Position numbers and translations under genes: made by a program
Shown here: piece after piece, positions 9,847 to 19,073 of the stretch
Numbering within the stretch: position 1 is the stretch's first letter
Layout of the letters: every line of letters starts with the position of its first letter
Source: Nitrososphaerota archaeon
GTDB lineage: Archaea > Thermoproteota > EX4484-205 > JAAOZP01
Length of the DNA: 62,576 nt
Assembly (NCBI GenBank): GCA_011605725.1
Contig: JAAOZP010000020.1
Span: 1-62,576 of the forward strand
Reading direction: 5' to 3'
The notes under the pieces: model-generated
Databases searched by the model: none
Told to the model about the DNA's origin: nothing
The model's input: only the letters and a program-made list of their open reading frames with translations

Positions 9847-12800
9847 AAGTAGTGTTTAAGTTTCTTCTGCGTGAGAAACGCATTATCTTCTTTCGTAAGA
9901 AAGAATGAAAGCTCCTTCTCCAGAAGCGCGAGGCTGCTTGAAAAATACGGGTCCAGACGATAAGATGCTAAAACCTTTTTCCCAAGAGTCAAGTACTTTT
10001 TAACACCACTTATATAAACTGTCGGAAGAAGCTCGCCCCCGCAAGAAGTGCATTTGGAAATAAGCGGGAGCCTCCTGAATTTTTTACCACACTTCTTGCA
10101 CCGGAATTTCTGAATATGAAACGTCTTAATGTTCCCTGAAATGTCTTTTAACAAATGAGAATTTAAAAGGTTTTCCGCAAAACCCTTTTCATCTATCCCG
10201 GTTAGGAGAGAAGTAACCTCCAGCTGTAGTTTTAGTTTTCTCTCCATAGAGCCTAAAGTACTATACACGTTTCTTTTAACACCTTTTACAATACTACTCG
10301 TATTATGAGACCAAGCTATGTTGAAGTCATCTTTACTAACTAAACGCATTATATCTAAAAGCTCCTTCGGCTTCACGCCTTGTTCCACAAGCAAGTAAAA
10401 ATCTTTATCATACTTTGTCATGTTCTCCATGTTATAGATCTGATCGTCTATTTCATCAGGTTTTAAAATAGGCATTATTATAAGTGGAGTATCCATCAAT
10501 CCTCCTGCAGCATCAGGAACATAATGCTTCGAGAAATTTAAGAAGGCGTCTAAGAGAAGAATTATAGAGTCCCCGTCTCCATCACAGTCTCTTCTTTTAG
10601 CCTGATGCCAGAAGGGGTGTGCAAAGACAACCTGTGAATCGGTGAAACCAATTATTCTACCCACGATGGCTCCAAGCGTATGAGGAGAAATCCCTAGGAT
10701 AAGATGACCAATAAGATCCTCTCTCGTCTTAATGTTGTAGTATGGCTCCACATGATAGAAAAGCCTGAGCTCCTCGTCAATAAAACTTGCAACTCTAACC
10801 AAAGAATCACCTATTTCTTTAGGAAGAATTACATCCTGGGGATAAAGGTATAGAAGCTGCTTACTTTCAGCAAGAGGATTGCCGTCAACATCCTTATCAT
10901 AGCCTAGTTTCTTCAACAATTCTACAGAAACCCCTATTTCCTCAGGCTTGAAAGCTGTTAAAGGAGCATTAGTAGCGTCGAATCGTATCGTTCCATCCTT
11001 GTATATCGTCAAACCGTGCTTAGCTCTAAGAATGCCTTTTTCAATCGGCTCAGGAACTTTATTCTTGTTCATTAACCCTTTTACCCCCTTTACTTCAGGA
11101 ATTGCGGTAATCCCAAGCGTCTTTTCAGCATCTTCTAAAATGCTTTGAAGTGGAACGTTTGTCGCATGAAAAGAGTTGCATTTACCTCTACATTTTTCGC
11201 ATTCTTCCGACTTAGAGTACGAATTACATTTTGCGCAATAGTATATGGGTATGGTACTAGACTTACACTGAGGACAATGCAAGTAGAAGGTAAGTTGGTT
11301 ACATTTTTCACAATACCTATTACAAATGTTTACGACTACGTGTCCATGGGATGCTGCAGCAACAATGTTTCTTTTTGGACCGCCTTCTAAACCTACTGGG
11401 AACAATACGTGAGAAGGAGGATCCATTTCCCTAAGTTTTGCTGCCTCAGGCCTTCCAAGTCTAGCAGATATAAAGGCTCCTTTTTTAGGCTTGATCTTAA
11501 ACTGGAGAACAGTGTTAAGATAATCGATAGAGTTTTTTTCGGAACCTGCCGGAGGCAAGGAGAATCTTGAAAGATATATTAGGAATTCAGCGTGCATTTT
11601 AGATAATCTAATATACCCGTTTTCAACCTGGAAAGGAAGACACATTTTCTCTAACTCGTCTAGCAAAGCACTATCCTCTATTGGAACAACAATATGATCT
11701 TCCTCAACCTTAGCCTTCTTGAAGCATTCAATCACGTGAAGAAGCTGGGAAGCGTCCAGATTATCTATGAAAAAGTAAAAGGCAGGGTGAAGAGGGATAT
11801 CTAGGGCCAAGCTTATCTGCAGGGCTGTTCCAAAATCAATATTGATAAATGGATTCTTAACGATATCCCAGAGGAAACTAGCCTCCAAAGGAAGGCTCTT
11901 AATCTTAGCCTCCTTATCCTTAAGGACGGCTTCAAGCTCCGCAGCCCATTGTTCTTCAGTGTATCCCACCTTGTCAAGTGGAGTGTTCCCCTCAATATAG
12001 TCACCTACAGATATTAGGATATCGCCAAGAAAAAGCACTTTAGAGATATTATGTTGAATCCTTTTAAGCTTATCCTCATTTTCAACAAGATACACAGAGC
12101 CGTCATGCGTCTTAACTATGGGAGGCATAATCGAATCCACAGGCATCACTATAGCTGATTTCCCAGGTCGATCTATCCTAAGCTGGGAGCCTATGGACAG
12201 GAATCCCCTGAGGAGCTCCATCGCCACAGGATGGATTCCCATTGCCATCAACCCGGTGTTTCTAGCTCTTCCATACCTTATTCTGAACCCTCCGAAAGCT
12301 TCAGAAGATGAGAAGAAAGGCCTCCCGATTAAAACCTCTTTGAGGTATTCTGACTTTGTGCTTTCAACCTCAATTCTAGATATCCAGGACCATCCGGATA
12401 TGTTAAGCTTATTGATTATACTTTCAAACTTCTTAACCCTACCAATTATGCCATCGTTTATAATTCTTAAAGCACCACCCCTAAGCCTGTTCGTCTCAAC
12501 TCTCGGAAGATCCCTATAAATGACCACCTCGGTTTCTTCAGAGGGTGGACCAGTAATCTCCACAGGAAGATTCTCTATAACTTCAGCAATTTGATCCTTA
12601 GCAACTTTATATTGAAACCTGTTTTTACCTCTCTCGTATAACCTTAATTCCTCCACGTAACGCGAAACCTCTTCCTTAGTAGGCTTGTATCTATCAAGTT
12701 TCAACACTCTTCTTATAAAGTCTGCGAGAATTATGGAGAGGGCTTGCTCCGTGCCTCCGGCAGACCTCATCGGTCCCGAGAAATAAACAGCCAAGTACCT

Positions 12801-13190
12801 AGTATTGTCAGCGTTCTTCTTTATCAGAACTTTCTCTATGCCCTCTATGGGGGCCGCTGTAGTTCCCGGGGGAGTCAATGAAGCAAGCGCAGCCTTCAAC
12901 GCTAGTTCCGCTGCTTTTTCTTCAGAAAATGACCCGAATCTTCCCAGTACGATGTCTTCAGCTATTTTGAATGGTATTTCAATCGGAGGCAGAGTTTTTT
13001 TAAGCTCCTCAAACCTTTCCCTAAACCCATTTAAGCCAAGTATCTTTTCGATTGTTTCAGCCTGGGAGAATGAGATTATAGATTCTGGTTTTTTCTCAGG
13101 ATCATAGCCATTTTCCTTAGCTCGGACGGCGTATCTGTATGCTTCCCAGAATCTCTCCCGTATAAAGTGGTTATATGCTTCGATATTCAT
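9843..13190 (-). CDS. polC: DNA polymerase D large subunit DP2 (no intein)
   Basis: GPMRSAGGT, GGFRIRYGR, KDGTIRFD, KRRDCDGDGD, GGLMDTPL, zinc clusters, 1115 aa. Confidence 0.97.
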   Translation of the reverse strand: MNIEAYNHFIRERFWEAYRYAVRAKENGYDPEKKPESIISFSQAETIEKILGLNGFRERFEELKKTLPPIEIPFKIAEDIVLGRFGSFSEEKAAELALKAALASLTPPGTTAAPIEGIEKVLIKKNADNTRYLAVYFSGPMRSAGGTEQALSIILADFIRRVLKLDRYKPTKEEVSRYVEELRLYERGKNRFQYKVAKDQIAEVIENLPVEITGPPSEETEVVIYRDLPRVETNRLRGGALRIINDGIIGRVKKFESIINKLNISGWSWISRIEVESTKSEYLKEVLIGRPFFSSSEAFGGFRIRYGRARNTGLMAMGIHPVAMELLRGFLSIGSQLRIDRPGKSAIVMPVDSIMPPIVKTHDGSVYLVENEDKLKRIQHNISKVLFLGDILISVGDYIEGNTPLDKVGYTEEQWAAELEAVLKDKEAKIKSLPLEASFLWDIVKNPFINIDFGTALQISLALDIPLHPAFYFFIDNLDASQLLHVIECFKKAKVEEDHIVVPIEDSALLDELEKMCLPFQVENGYIRLSKMHAEFLIYLSRFSLPPAGSEKNSIDYLNTVLQFKIKPKKGAFISARLGRPEAAKLREMDPPSHVLFPVGLEGGPKRNIVAAASHGHVVVNICNRYCEKCNQLTFYLHCPQCKSSTIPIYYCAKCNSYSKSEECEKCRGKCNSFHATNVPLQSILEDAEKTLGITAIPEVKGVKGLMNKNKVPEPIEKGILRAKHGLTIYKDGTIRFDATNAPLTAFKPEEIGVSVELLKKLGYDKDVDGNPLAESKQLLYLYPQDVILPKEIGDSLVRVASFIDEELRLFYHVEPYYNIKTREDLIGHLILGISPHTLGAIVGRIIGFTDSQVVFAHPFWHQAKRRDCDGDGDSIILLLDAFLNFSKHYVPDAAGGLMDTPLIIMPILKPDEIDDQIYNMENMTKYDKDFYLLVEQGVKPKELLDIMRLVSKDDFNIAWSHNTSSIVKGVKRNVYSTLGSMERKLKLQLEVTSLLTGIDEKGFAENLLNSHLLKDISGNIKTFHIQKFRCKKCGKKFRRLPLISKCTSCGGELLPTVYISGVKKYLTLGKKVLASYRLDPYFSSSLALLEKELSFFLTKEDNAFLTQKKLKHYF

Positions 13191-13959
13191 CTTTAGCGCT
13201 GCCTTTCTTCAATGCGCCTTTCCGCCCACCCTCCATTATCTCAGAAAGCTTCTCATCGAGAATGCTGGTTTCCTCCAAAACATCGCCTGTAACTATAACG
13301 TCAGCACCGGCAGAAACGACATTCTCCGCAGCTAAGCCATCTCTTATGCCTCCACCTACAATAAGCGGAATGCTAATACATTTTTTAACCATGGTTATCA
13401 ACTTTTCAGGAACATGCGACGTAGCACCAGAGCCTGCTTCAAGATAGATAAACCTGAAGCCAAGAGCTTCAGCAGCCATAGCGTAACCTACTGTTAACTC
13501 AGGTATTTCAAAAGGAAGAGGCCTGGCATCACCTATGTACCCAGCTGCACCGCCAGTACCGAGTATCAAGTAAGCCATCGGAATGGCTTCCAATCCTAAC
13601 TCCCTTATGGCCTTGATTCCAAGGACTTGTGCACCAATAATATAGTATGGATTTGACGAGTTTAGAAGAGACATGAACCAGATCGCATCAGCACCTCGAG
13701 CTATGCTTGCAACATTACTGGGGAAAATAATCACAGGTAGTTTTGAATTAGATTTAATCTTAACAATAGCCTCCTCATAGTCAGAAGTTCTGTGCGAAGT
13801 ACTTCCACCGACCATGAATGCAGATGTGCCAGAGGCCTCAGCCGCCCTAACTACTTCCTCAATCCTGCTCATTTTCTCAGGATCGATTAAGGTGATATGT
13901 ATGAAACCGTTCTCCTCGATCTTCTCGTACAAGTATTTTTCTGTCTTCCCTATTCGCAA
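13171..13959 (-). CDS. Geranylgeranylglyceryl phosphate synthase
   Basis: TLIDPEK, MVGGS, YLEAGSGA, VGGGIR. Confidence 0.95.
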   Translation of the reverse strand: MRIGKTEKYLYEKIEENGFIHITLIDPEKMSRIEEVVRAAEASGTSAFMVGGSTSHRTSDYEEAIVKIKSNSKLPVIIFPSNVASIARGADAIWFMSLLNSSNPYYIIGAQVLGIKAIRELGLEAIPMAYLILGTGGAAGYIGDARPLPFEIPELTVGYAMAAEALGFRFIYLEAGSGATSHVPEKLITMVKKCISIPLIVGGGIRDGLAAENVVSAGADVIVTGDVLEETSILDEKLSEIMEGGRKGALKKGSAKDEYRSI

Positions 13960-14004
13960 CCTGTTTAAAGCAAGTTAGAGAATATATAAATCTAAAAGCG
14001 TGCG

Positions 14005-14244
14005 CTAGGAAATCTCACCACTATGATATTTATCTACAAACCTATTGAAGTAATCAACATTCTCCATGTTCTTAACATATTCTAGAGTCGTTGCCAAGCT
14101 GCAATTACCACATACGACTCTCACACTTCCCGAAGCCTTGTCTTCAATAACAGAAACTGCTTGTATACCACATTTTGGGCAGGGAAAAATCTTTGGAATA
14201 ACCTTACGAATAACCTTAGCTTCTCTCCTTCTTCTTCTAGCCAT
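14005..14244 (-). CDS. elf1: Transcription elongation factor Elf1
   Basis: Basic N-terminus, FPCPKCG..CGNC zinc ribbon, VDYFNRFVD tail. Confidence 0.85.
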   Translation of the reverse strand: MARRRRREAKVIRKVIPKIFPCPKCGIQAVSVIEDKASGSVRVVCGNCSLATTLEYVKNMENVDYFNRFVDKYHSGEIS

Positions 14245-14375
14245 GTTTCAACATTCTCCACGCACCTATTTTTCCCTTTCTTCGCAGCCTGGTTGAAGAG
14301 AAGGAGTGCTCACGAAAATCCTATAGGGTATACAAAAAAGTATAACTACAGGTCGCCGTTAACAAAAATAGAAAT

Positions 14376-14765
14376 ATGGCAGAAAAGAACAGGAAAACCG
14401 ATATTATTATTGGAAAACTTTTAGAGGACTCGAACCTTACTCCGAAACAGCTTGAAGCCCTGTTACTATATTCCAGTAGCATAGAGCAGAGAATAGTCAA
14501 GAACGGATACGTAGATATTGATGGTAAAAAAGTCTCTAAAGGCGCCTTCTTCAGGATATTAAGCCAAGCCAAGAAAAACGTTAGAAAATCAATAGTTACA
14601 TTGATATTAATGTCATATACAGGCTTAATGGATGTAGATCAATTTAGTGCAATCATGCAAATTGCGAACATAATGATGCAATCCAAAGGTCAAGATGAGG
14701 ATTTGATTAGGACGCTCTTAGAAAAACTCAAAGTTATCGTTGACATTAGGAAAAGAGCAAAGTAA
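14376..14765 (+). CDS. Hypothetical HTH-like protein near oriC
   Basis: LTPKQLEAL..VSKGAFFRILSQA resembles a sigma-4/Tfx-type HTH. Confidence 0.6.
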   Translation: MAEKNRKTDIIIGKLLEDSNLTPKQLEALLLYSSSIEQRIVKNGYVDIDGKKVSKGAFFRILSQAKKNVRKSIVTLILMSYTGLMDVDQFSAIMQIANIMMQSKGQDEDLIRTLLEKLKVIVDIRKRAK

Positions 14766-14798
14766 AAATACCTTAGTCCAGCACAGGGTAAGCAAGCA

Positions 14799-15395
14799 AT
14801 GGATCTACTTAATCTTCTAAAGCGGCCAGGAGAAGAGATACGGAAAGAGAGAAAAAGAAAAGGGTTAACTCAGAGTTTACTAGCTAAAAAAGCAAAAGTA
14901 AGTCAAGCCTTAATAGCAAGGATTGAAAAACAACAGGTAGATCCGCGGCTTTCAACACTACGAAAGATCGTTGAAGCATTAATAGAGGAAGAAAACCAAA
15001 AGGGGACAAGAGCCATAGATATAGCAGTACGTGACGTCATAGTTGTGAATCATGATGATACTATTGAAAAAGCCGTTAAGCTCATGCGTAGATATGGCAT
15101 ATCGCAGCTACCTGTATTGAGGAATGGGACCCCGATAGGAGCAGTTGAGGAATTGGAACTTTTAAAGGCCTTTTCCAAGGAGAAAGATCTAGACAAATTT
15201 TATCAGAAAAAAGTGGTAGAAGCCATTTCATCAGTATACCCCATGGTAGAACCGGATACGAGCGTAACGGATGTTGTAGATTACCTTTTGAAGGGGCATA
15301 ATGCCGTTTTAGTAACCAGAAACGGGCGATTAGAGGGCATAATAACTAAGATTGACGTCTTGATGAAAAGTAAAAATATAATAGCATCAGTTTAG
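14799..15395 (+). CDS. XRE-type HTH plus CBS-pair transcriptional regulator
   Basis: LTQSLLAKKAKVSQALIARIE..DPRLST, followed by two CBS domains (ISQLPV, GIITKID). Confidence 0.93.
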   Translation: MDLLNLLKRPGEEIRKERKRKGLTQSLLAKKAKVSQALIARIEKQQVDPRLSTLRKIVEALIEEENQKGTRAIDIAVRDVIVVNHDDTIEKAVKLMRRYGISQLPVLRNGTPIGAVEELELLKAFSKEKDLDKFYQKKVVEAISSVYPMVEPDTSVTDVVDYLLKGHNAVLVTRNGRLEGIITKIDVLMKSKNIIASV

Positions 15396-15407
15396 CATCA
15401 AAAACAG

Positions 15408-15866
15408 ATGGTATCATTATTCGGAAAGGGGAAGAAAGAAGTCGAGGAAAGACTTTTAGAGTTGAAAGAGAAGAATGACGCCTTAGAAAAAAGACTTGAC
15501 GAAACGCTAGAGAAACTAGAGAAACTAGAAAGGGGAGCGAGACTATTAACAGAAGCGGTTTATAAGATAATCACTTACCTGAAAGATCTCGAGTCGTCGA
15601 AAGAAGAAGTAAGGCAAGAATTAGAAGAGAAACCCTTCGAAACAATTAGAAAGAAAGAATCTTCAAGGGAAGAGTATCTTACTGAAACAGAGGAGAAACT
15701 CATAGATGAAATCAGGAGTAAAGGAATGTTGACTGTAGGCGAATGTTACATGCGTGTGGGAAGATCAAAGGAACATGTAAGCAGAATGTTAAAAAGACTC
15801 GTTGAAAAAGGCATTTTAAAAAGAGAAAGAAGGGGCAAAACTTTTTACTATAAGCTCGCCGAGTAA
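15408..15866 (+). CDS. Coiled-coil plus winged-helix protein
   Basis: Heptad-rich N-terminal half; SKEHVSRMLKRLVEKGILKRERRGKTFYY wHTH. Confidence 0.75.
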   Translation: MVSLFGKGKKEVEERLLELKEKNDALEKRLDETLEKLEKLERGARLLTEAVYKIITYLKDLESSKEEVRQELEEKPFETIRKKESSREEYLTETEEKLIDEIRSKGMLTVGECYMRVGRSKEHVSRMLKRLVEKGILKRERRGKTFYYKLAE

Positions 15867-15875
15867 TGAATGATG

Positions 15876-16343
15876 CTATTCATTTTTTAGAAGAATGGTT
15901 GCAACTTGGTAAATGTATTCTCTTCCTCTTTTTCTTCTCACTAGGAACCCCTTATCATGCAGCCTCATCAGATAGGTGGCGACTGTACTCAGTTGGATAG
16001 GTTTACCGATTCTCTCTTCATATCTATTCTTAACGTCTTTTGAAGAGAAATCCATATTTCTAAATTCTCTTATAACTTTCAAAATATTGCTTAATGTTTC
16101 TCCCTGTTTGCGTAATACTTCAAAGACGTATCCGTCATTAGTTTTCTTCATTATTTTTTCCTGAGACGAAATGGAAAGCACATCTTGGTTAAGAGTTTCC
16201 CGTAGAAGCATTAATGGAAGAAGATTGGGAAGTATTGATGCATATTTATCGAGACCCTCTCCTTCCAACCTAAGTGAGATAAGTACGTCTGAACCATCGG
16301 AAAAACGGATCTCAAGTTTTTTCCCGCTATCTCTGTTAATCAC
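15876..16343 (-). CDS. Winged-helix DNA-binding protein flanking oriC
   Basis: LSTVATYLMRLHDKGFLVRRKRGREYIY (BlaI/ArsR-like wHTH). Confidence 0.75.
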   Translation of the reverse strand: MINRDSGKKLEIRFSDGSDVLISLRLEGEGLDKYASILPNLLPLMLLRETLNQDVLSISSQEKIMKKTNDGYVFEVLRKQGETLSNILKVIREFRNMDFSSKDVKNRYEERIGKPIQLSTVATYLMRLHDKGFLVRRKRGREYIYQVATILLKNE

Positions 16344-16399
16344 AGCGTTCAGCTGATTTTTGGATATAACTTAGGTAAATAAGTGTTAACAAGCAGTTT

Positions 16400-16860
16400 T
16401 TCCAGTGGAAATAAAAAAGCTTAAAACGCAGTTGTTTTTAAAAAAACGATGCGATTCACAGGGTTTCTTCTACAAAAAGCAGAAAAAAGTGAAGCTTTCC
16501 AAGTTCCAGTAGAAATGCAGGGGTGAGGGTTAAATACAGAAGAAGAGAGAGAAAAAAGAAGTAAGTTAAGGAAAAACGAAAAACGAGGGGAAGAAAAGAA
16601 GGAAGGAGGGAAAAGGACAGGAAGAAAACACATCTTCAGAAGAGAACAGAAAAAGATCCCCTACACCCCTTCATTTCTTTTGAAAAAGAATCTGGGAAAA
16701 AGAATCTCTGGAAAATAAAATTTATCTTAAACTAAAAGATACTTAATGAAAGCTTTTTATTCTCTGCACCATTGAAAGAAGCAGTGTGGAGAATAATTAT
16801 CTCTAAATTTTTAAATGAATCTCTCCTAAAAGCGTGTGGAGAAGAAATAGAGGGGTGCGA
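16400..16860. other. Replication origin (oriC) with ORB elements and an AT-rich unwinding region
   Basis: TTCCAGTGGAAAT (16400), GTTCCAGTAGAAATGCAGGGGT (16503-16524), inverted TTCAAAAGAAATGAAGGGGT (16665-16684), AGAAGAAATAGAGGGGT (~16840-16856); AT-rich 16710-16830; directly upstream of cdc6. Confidence 0.9.
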
Positions 16861-16945
16861 GCGACTTGTTACTATTTTTTTGTACCTTTTTCTCTAAACA
16901 ATTCTCCAATTCATTTTTCTTTAGAAAGAAGTCTCCAGCTTTCTA

Positions 16946-18163
16946 ATGGAGGCTGCGAAGGAAAGCACTGAAATACTGAATAAGGTATTCAACAACATGT
17001 TTTTGAAGAGCAACATTTTCCGCAATAGAGATGCTTTAAGACACGATTATATTCCTGATCATCTTCCCCATCGCGAAAACGAGATTAAGTATATTGGTGA
17101 GGTCGTAGCTCCTCTTCTTCTTCATAATAAGGCCTCTAATCTGTTTGTTTACGGTAAACCCGGGACAGGGAAAACAGCTGTTGTAAGATTTGTGTTTAAT
17201 GCTCTTTCTAAAAAAGCTACCGAGTTGAGAGCAAATATAAAATGTGTCATGGTTAATTCAAGGATAGAGGGTTCAGAATACAGGATCCTTGCGTCAATAT
17301 CGCGGCAAATAGGGCTTTCTATACCTTTCACAGGGTTGGCTACTGCTGAGGTTTTCAGAAGGATTATTAACTATATAAAAGCCAACAACCTTTATCTTCT
17401 TATTGCCTTGGATGAGGTTGACGTAATCGTTAAAAAAGAAGGAGAAAACTTGCTCTACGAACTTTCGAGGATTAATGAATACTTTTCTTCTCACCGGGTT
17501 TCTTTCATAGGAATTTCAAATGAAATAATGTTCAAGCAGATTCTCGATCCGAGAATATTGAGTGCTTTAAGCGAAGAGGAGCTTGTTTTCAAACCGTATA
17601 CTTCAGACGAGCTTTTCGATATTCTTTCTGAGAGGGCTAAGGAAGCATTTTTTGATGCTGTTTGTGACCCATTGGTAATAAAATATATTGCAGCGCTTTC
17701 TGCTTCTGAGCATGGGGATGCAAGAAGAGCGCTTGACCTACTTCGAGTGGCGGCTGAGACAGCGGAGAGAGCGGGTAAATCAGCTATAACGACAGAGTGT
17801 GTGCAGGAAGCCATTAGGAAGATAGAGAGGGATCAGGTTAACGAAGTTATAAAAACACTTCCGATTCAGAGCAAGATTCTCTTAGTTTCTATTTTAAGAA
17901 ATCTCAGAGATCAGGGTGCTCAGCATACCAGTGGAGAAATATATGCTGAGTACAGGAACCTTGTTGCAAATATTGGTTTAGAACCGTTGACTGACAGGAG
18001 GCTTTCTTCTTTGCTTAACGAGCTGGAATCAGCGGGAATAATCTCCTCAAAACTCGTTAACATGGGTAGGTATGGAAGAACTAAAAAGTATAGCCTTTCA
18101 GTCCCTCAAAGCCATGTTTTAGAAGCATTGAGGGAAGACACCCTTCTAAACGGTCTTTTATAG
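16946..18163 (+). CDS. cdc6: Orc1/Cdc6 replication initiator
   Basis: YIPDHLPHRE, GKPGTGKT, LDEVD, HGDARRALDLLR, wHTH GRYGRT. Confidence 0.98.
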   Translation: MEAAKESTEILNKVFNNMFLKSNIFRNRDALRHDYIPDHLPHRENEIKYIGEVVAPLLLHNKASNLFVYGKPGTGKTAVVRFVFNALSKKATELRANIKCVMVNSRIEGSEYRILASISRQIGLSIPFTGLATAEVFRRIINYIKANNLYLLIALDEVDVIVKKEGENLLYELSRINEYFSSHRVSFIGISNEIMFKQILDPRILSALSEEELVFKPYTSDELFDILSERAKEAFFDAVCDPLVIKYIAALSASEHGDARRALDLLRVAAETAERAGKSAITTECVQEAIRKIERDQVNEVIKTLPIQSKILLVSILRNLRDQGAQHTSGEIYAEYRNLVANIGLEPLTDRRLSSLLNELESAGIISSKLVNMGRYGRTKKYSLSVPQSHVLEALREDTLLNGLL

Positions 18164-18263
18164 GGAAGAAAAGCCTATGCTTCCAGGGTTTCGTTTCGAT
18201 TCTGCGGAAAACATAAAAAGCAAGAGGGCACACACAGGGTTCAAGTCCCTTCCCAGCGCTCCA

Positions 18264-18273
18264 AGCGCGCGCT
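18264..18273. repeat. Palindrome AGCGCGCGCT, copy A
   Basis: Exact 10-bp palindrome immediately before the radA fragment. Confidence 0.9.
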
Positions 18274-18274
18274 C

Positions 18275-18430
18275 GGAACTGGGAAGACCCAGCTCCGCCA
18301 CACTTTATGCGTGACAGTCCAGCTTCCTAAGGACAGGGGCGGGTTGGAGGCGGGTGCTCTCTTCATAGATACTGAGGGAACGTTCAGGCCTGAGAGGATT
18401 GTGCAGATAGCCAAGAGCACCCTAGGACTT
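18275..18430 (+). pseudogene. radA: Internal fragment of radA (Walker A to RPERI)
   Basis: Translates to [48 protein letters not shown]; no start codon; both ends missing. Confidence 0.9.
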
Positions 18431-18432
18431 GG

Positions 18433-18881
18433 ATCTGCATGGAATGCCTCGAGATCGCCAGGAGGTACACTATTAGGCTCAGCGAGATAATCGAGGAGAA
18501 CTACAGTAACATTGTGATTGTCTTCAGCGGAGCTGGGGCTTCCATATTCATGTGCTCGACTTCGAGGTTAGGGGCTGGACTTATTATAATGAGCATGACC
18601 CTGTTAAGAGCCACGAGGTCGCAAGGTTCTGCTACACGCTCCACCTCTCTAGACAACTTGACACACGTTTCGACGAGCCACACTTCACCCTCTCAATGAG
18701 AGTGATCTCTATTCCATATTCTCTCAACGGCTCAACCATGCTTGTCTGCAAACCCATAGGGAGCAGGTTGGACCTCGAGAGGAAGAGCGTAACCCGTATT
18801 CTGGACGAGGCAAACCCCTCCCTAGAGATATGGCCCGTTAAAGTTACCCCTGAGCATGAATGCGATGAACATGAGCGCTAA
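18433..18881 (+). pseudogene. Frameshifted, 5'-truncated AEP (PriS-like) primase-polymerase fragment
   Basis: CMEC, VIVFSG then (after frameshift) GFHIHV, and RVISIPYSLNG, matching AEP motifs II/III. Confidence 0.7.
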
Positions 18882-19073
18882 AAACAGGGCTGCCGGAGGA
18901 AGGGGTAACCCTGTGAAGGCGGTCCTAACTCTTAGCAAATGCTAATTTTAATCCTCCATGCCTCATGGAAAAAAAATAATTGGTTTTTTCTTTCCCCTAC
19001 ACATAACTTTGCGCTTCATATAAGTGTGAATAAATCTATTTCTTATTCAACAGTTAAAAAGTGCACATGAGGA

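Noticed and set aside
9843-13190. Intein in PolD DP2, cdc6 or the aminoacyl-tRNA synthetases
   Set aside because: Lengths are normal and there are no Hint or LAGLIDADG insertions
13997-14006. AGCGTGCGCT, one mismatch from the junction palindrome, at the elf1 stop
   Set aside because: It lies between intact core genes with no sign of a breakpoint; probably chance
18885-18945. GGCGGTCCTAACTCT..TAGCAAATGC resembles the 23S rRNA helix 69-71 region, a homing-endonuclease target
   Set aside because: The match is short and gapped, and the stretch also reads as an open coding tail (KNRAAGGRGNPVKAVLTLSKC*) continuing from the primase remnant
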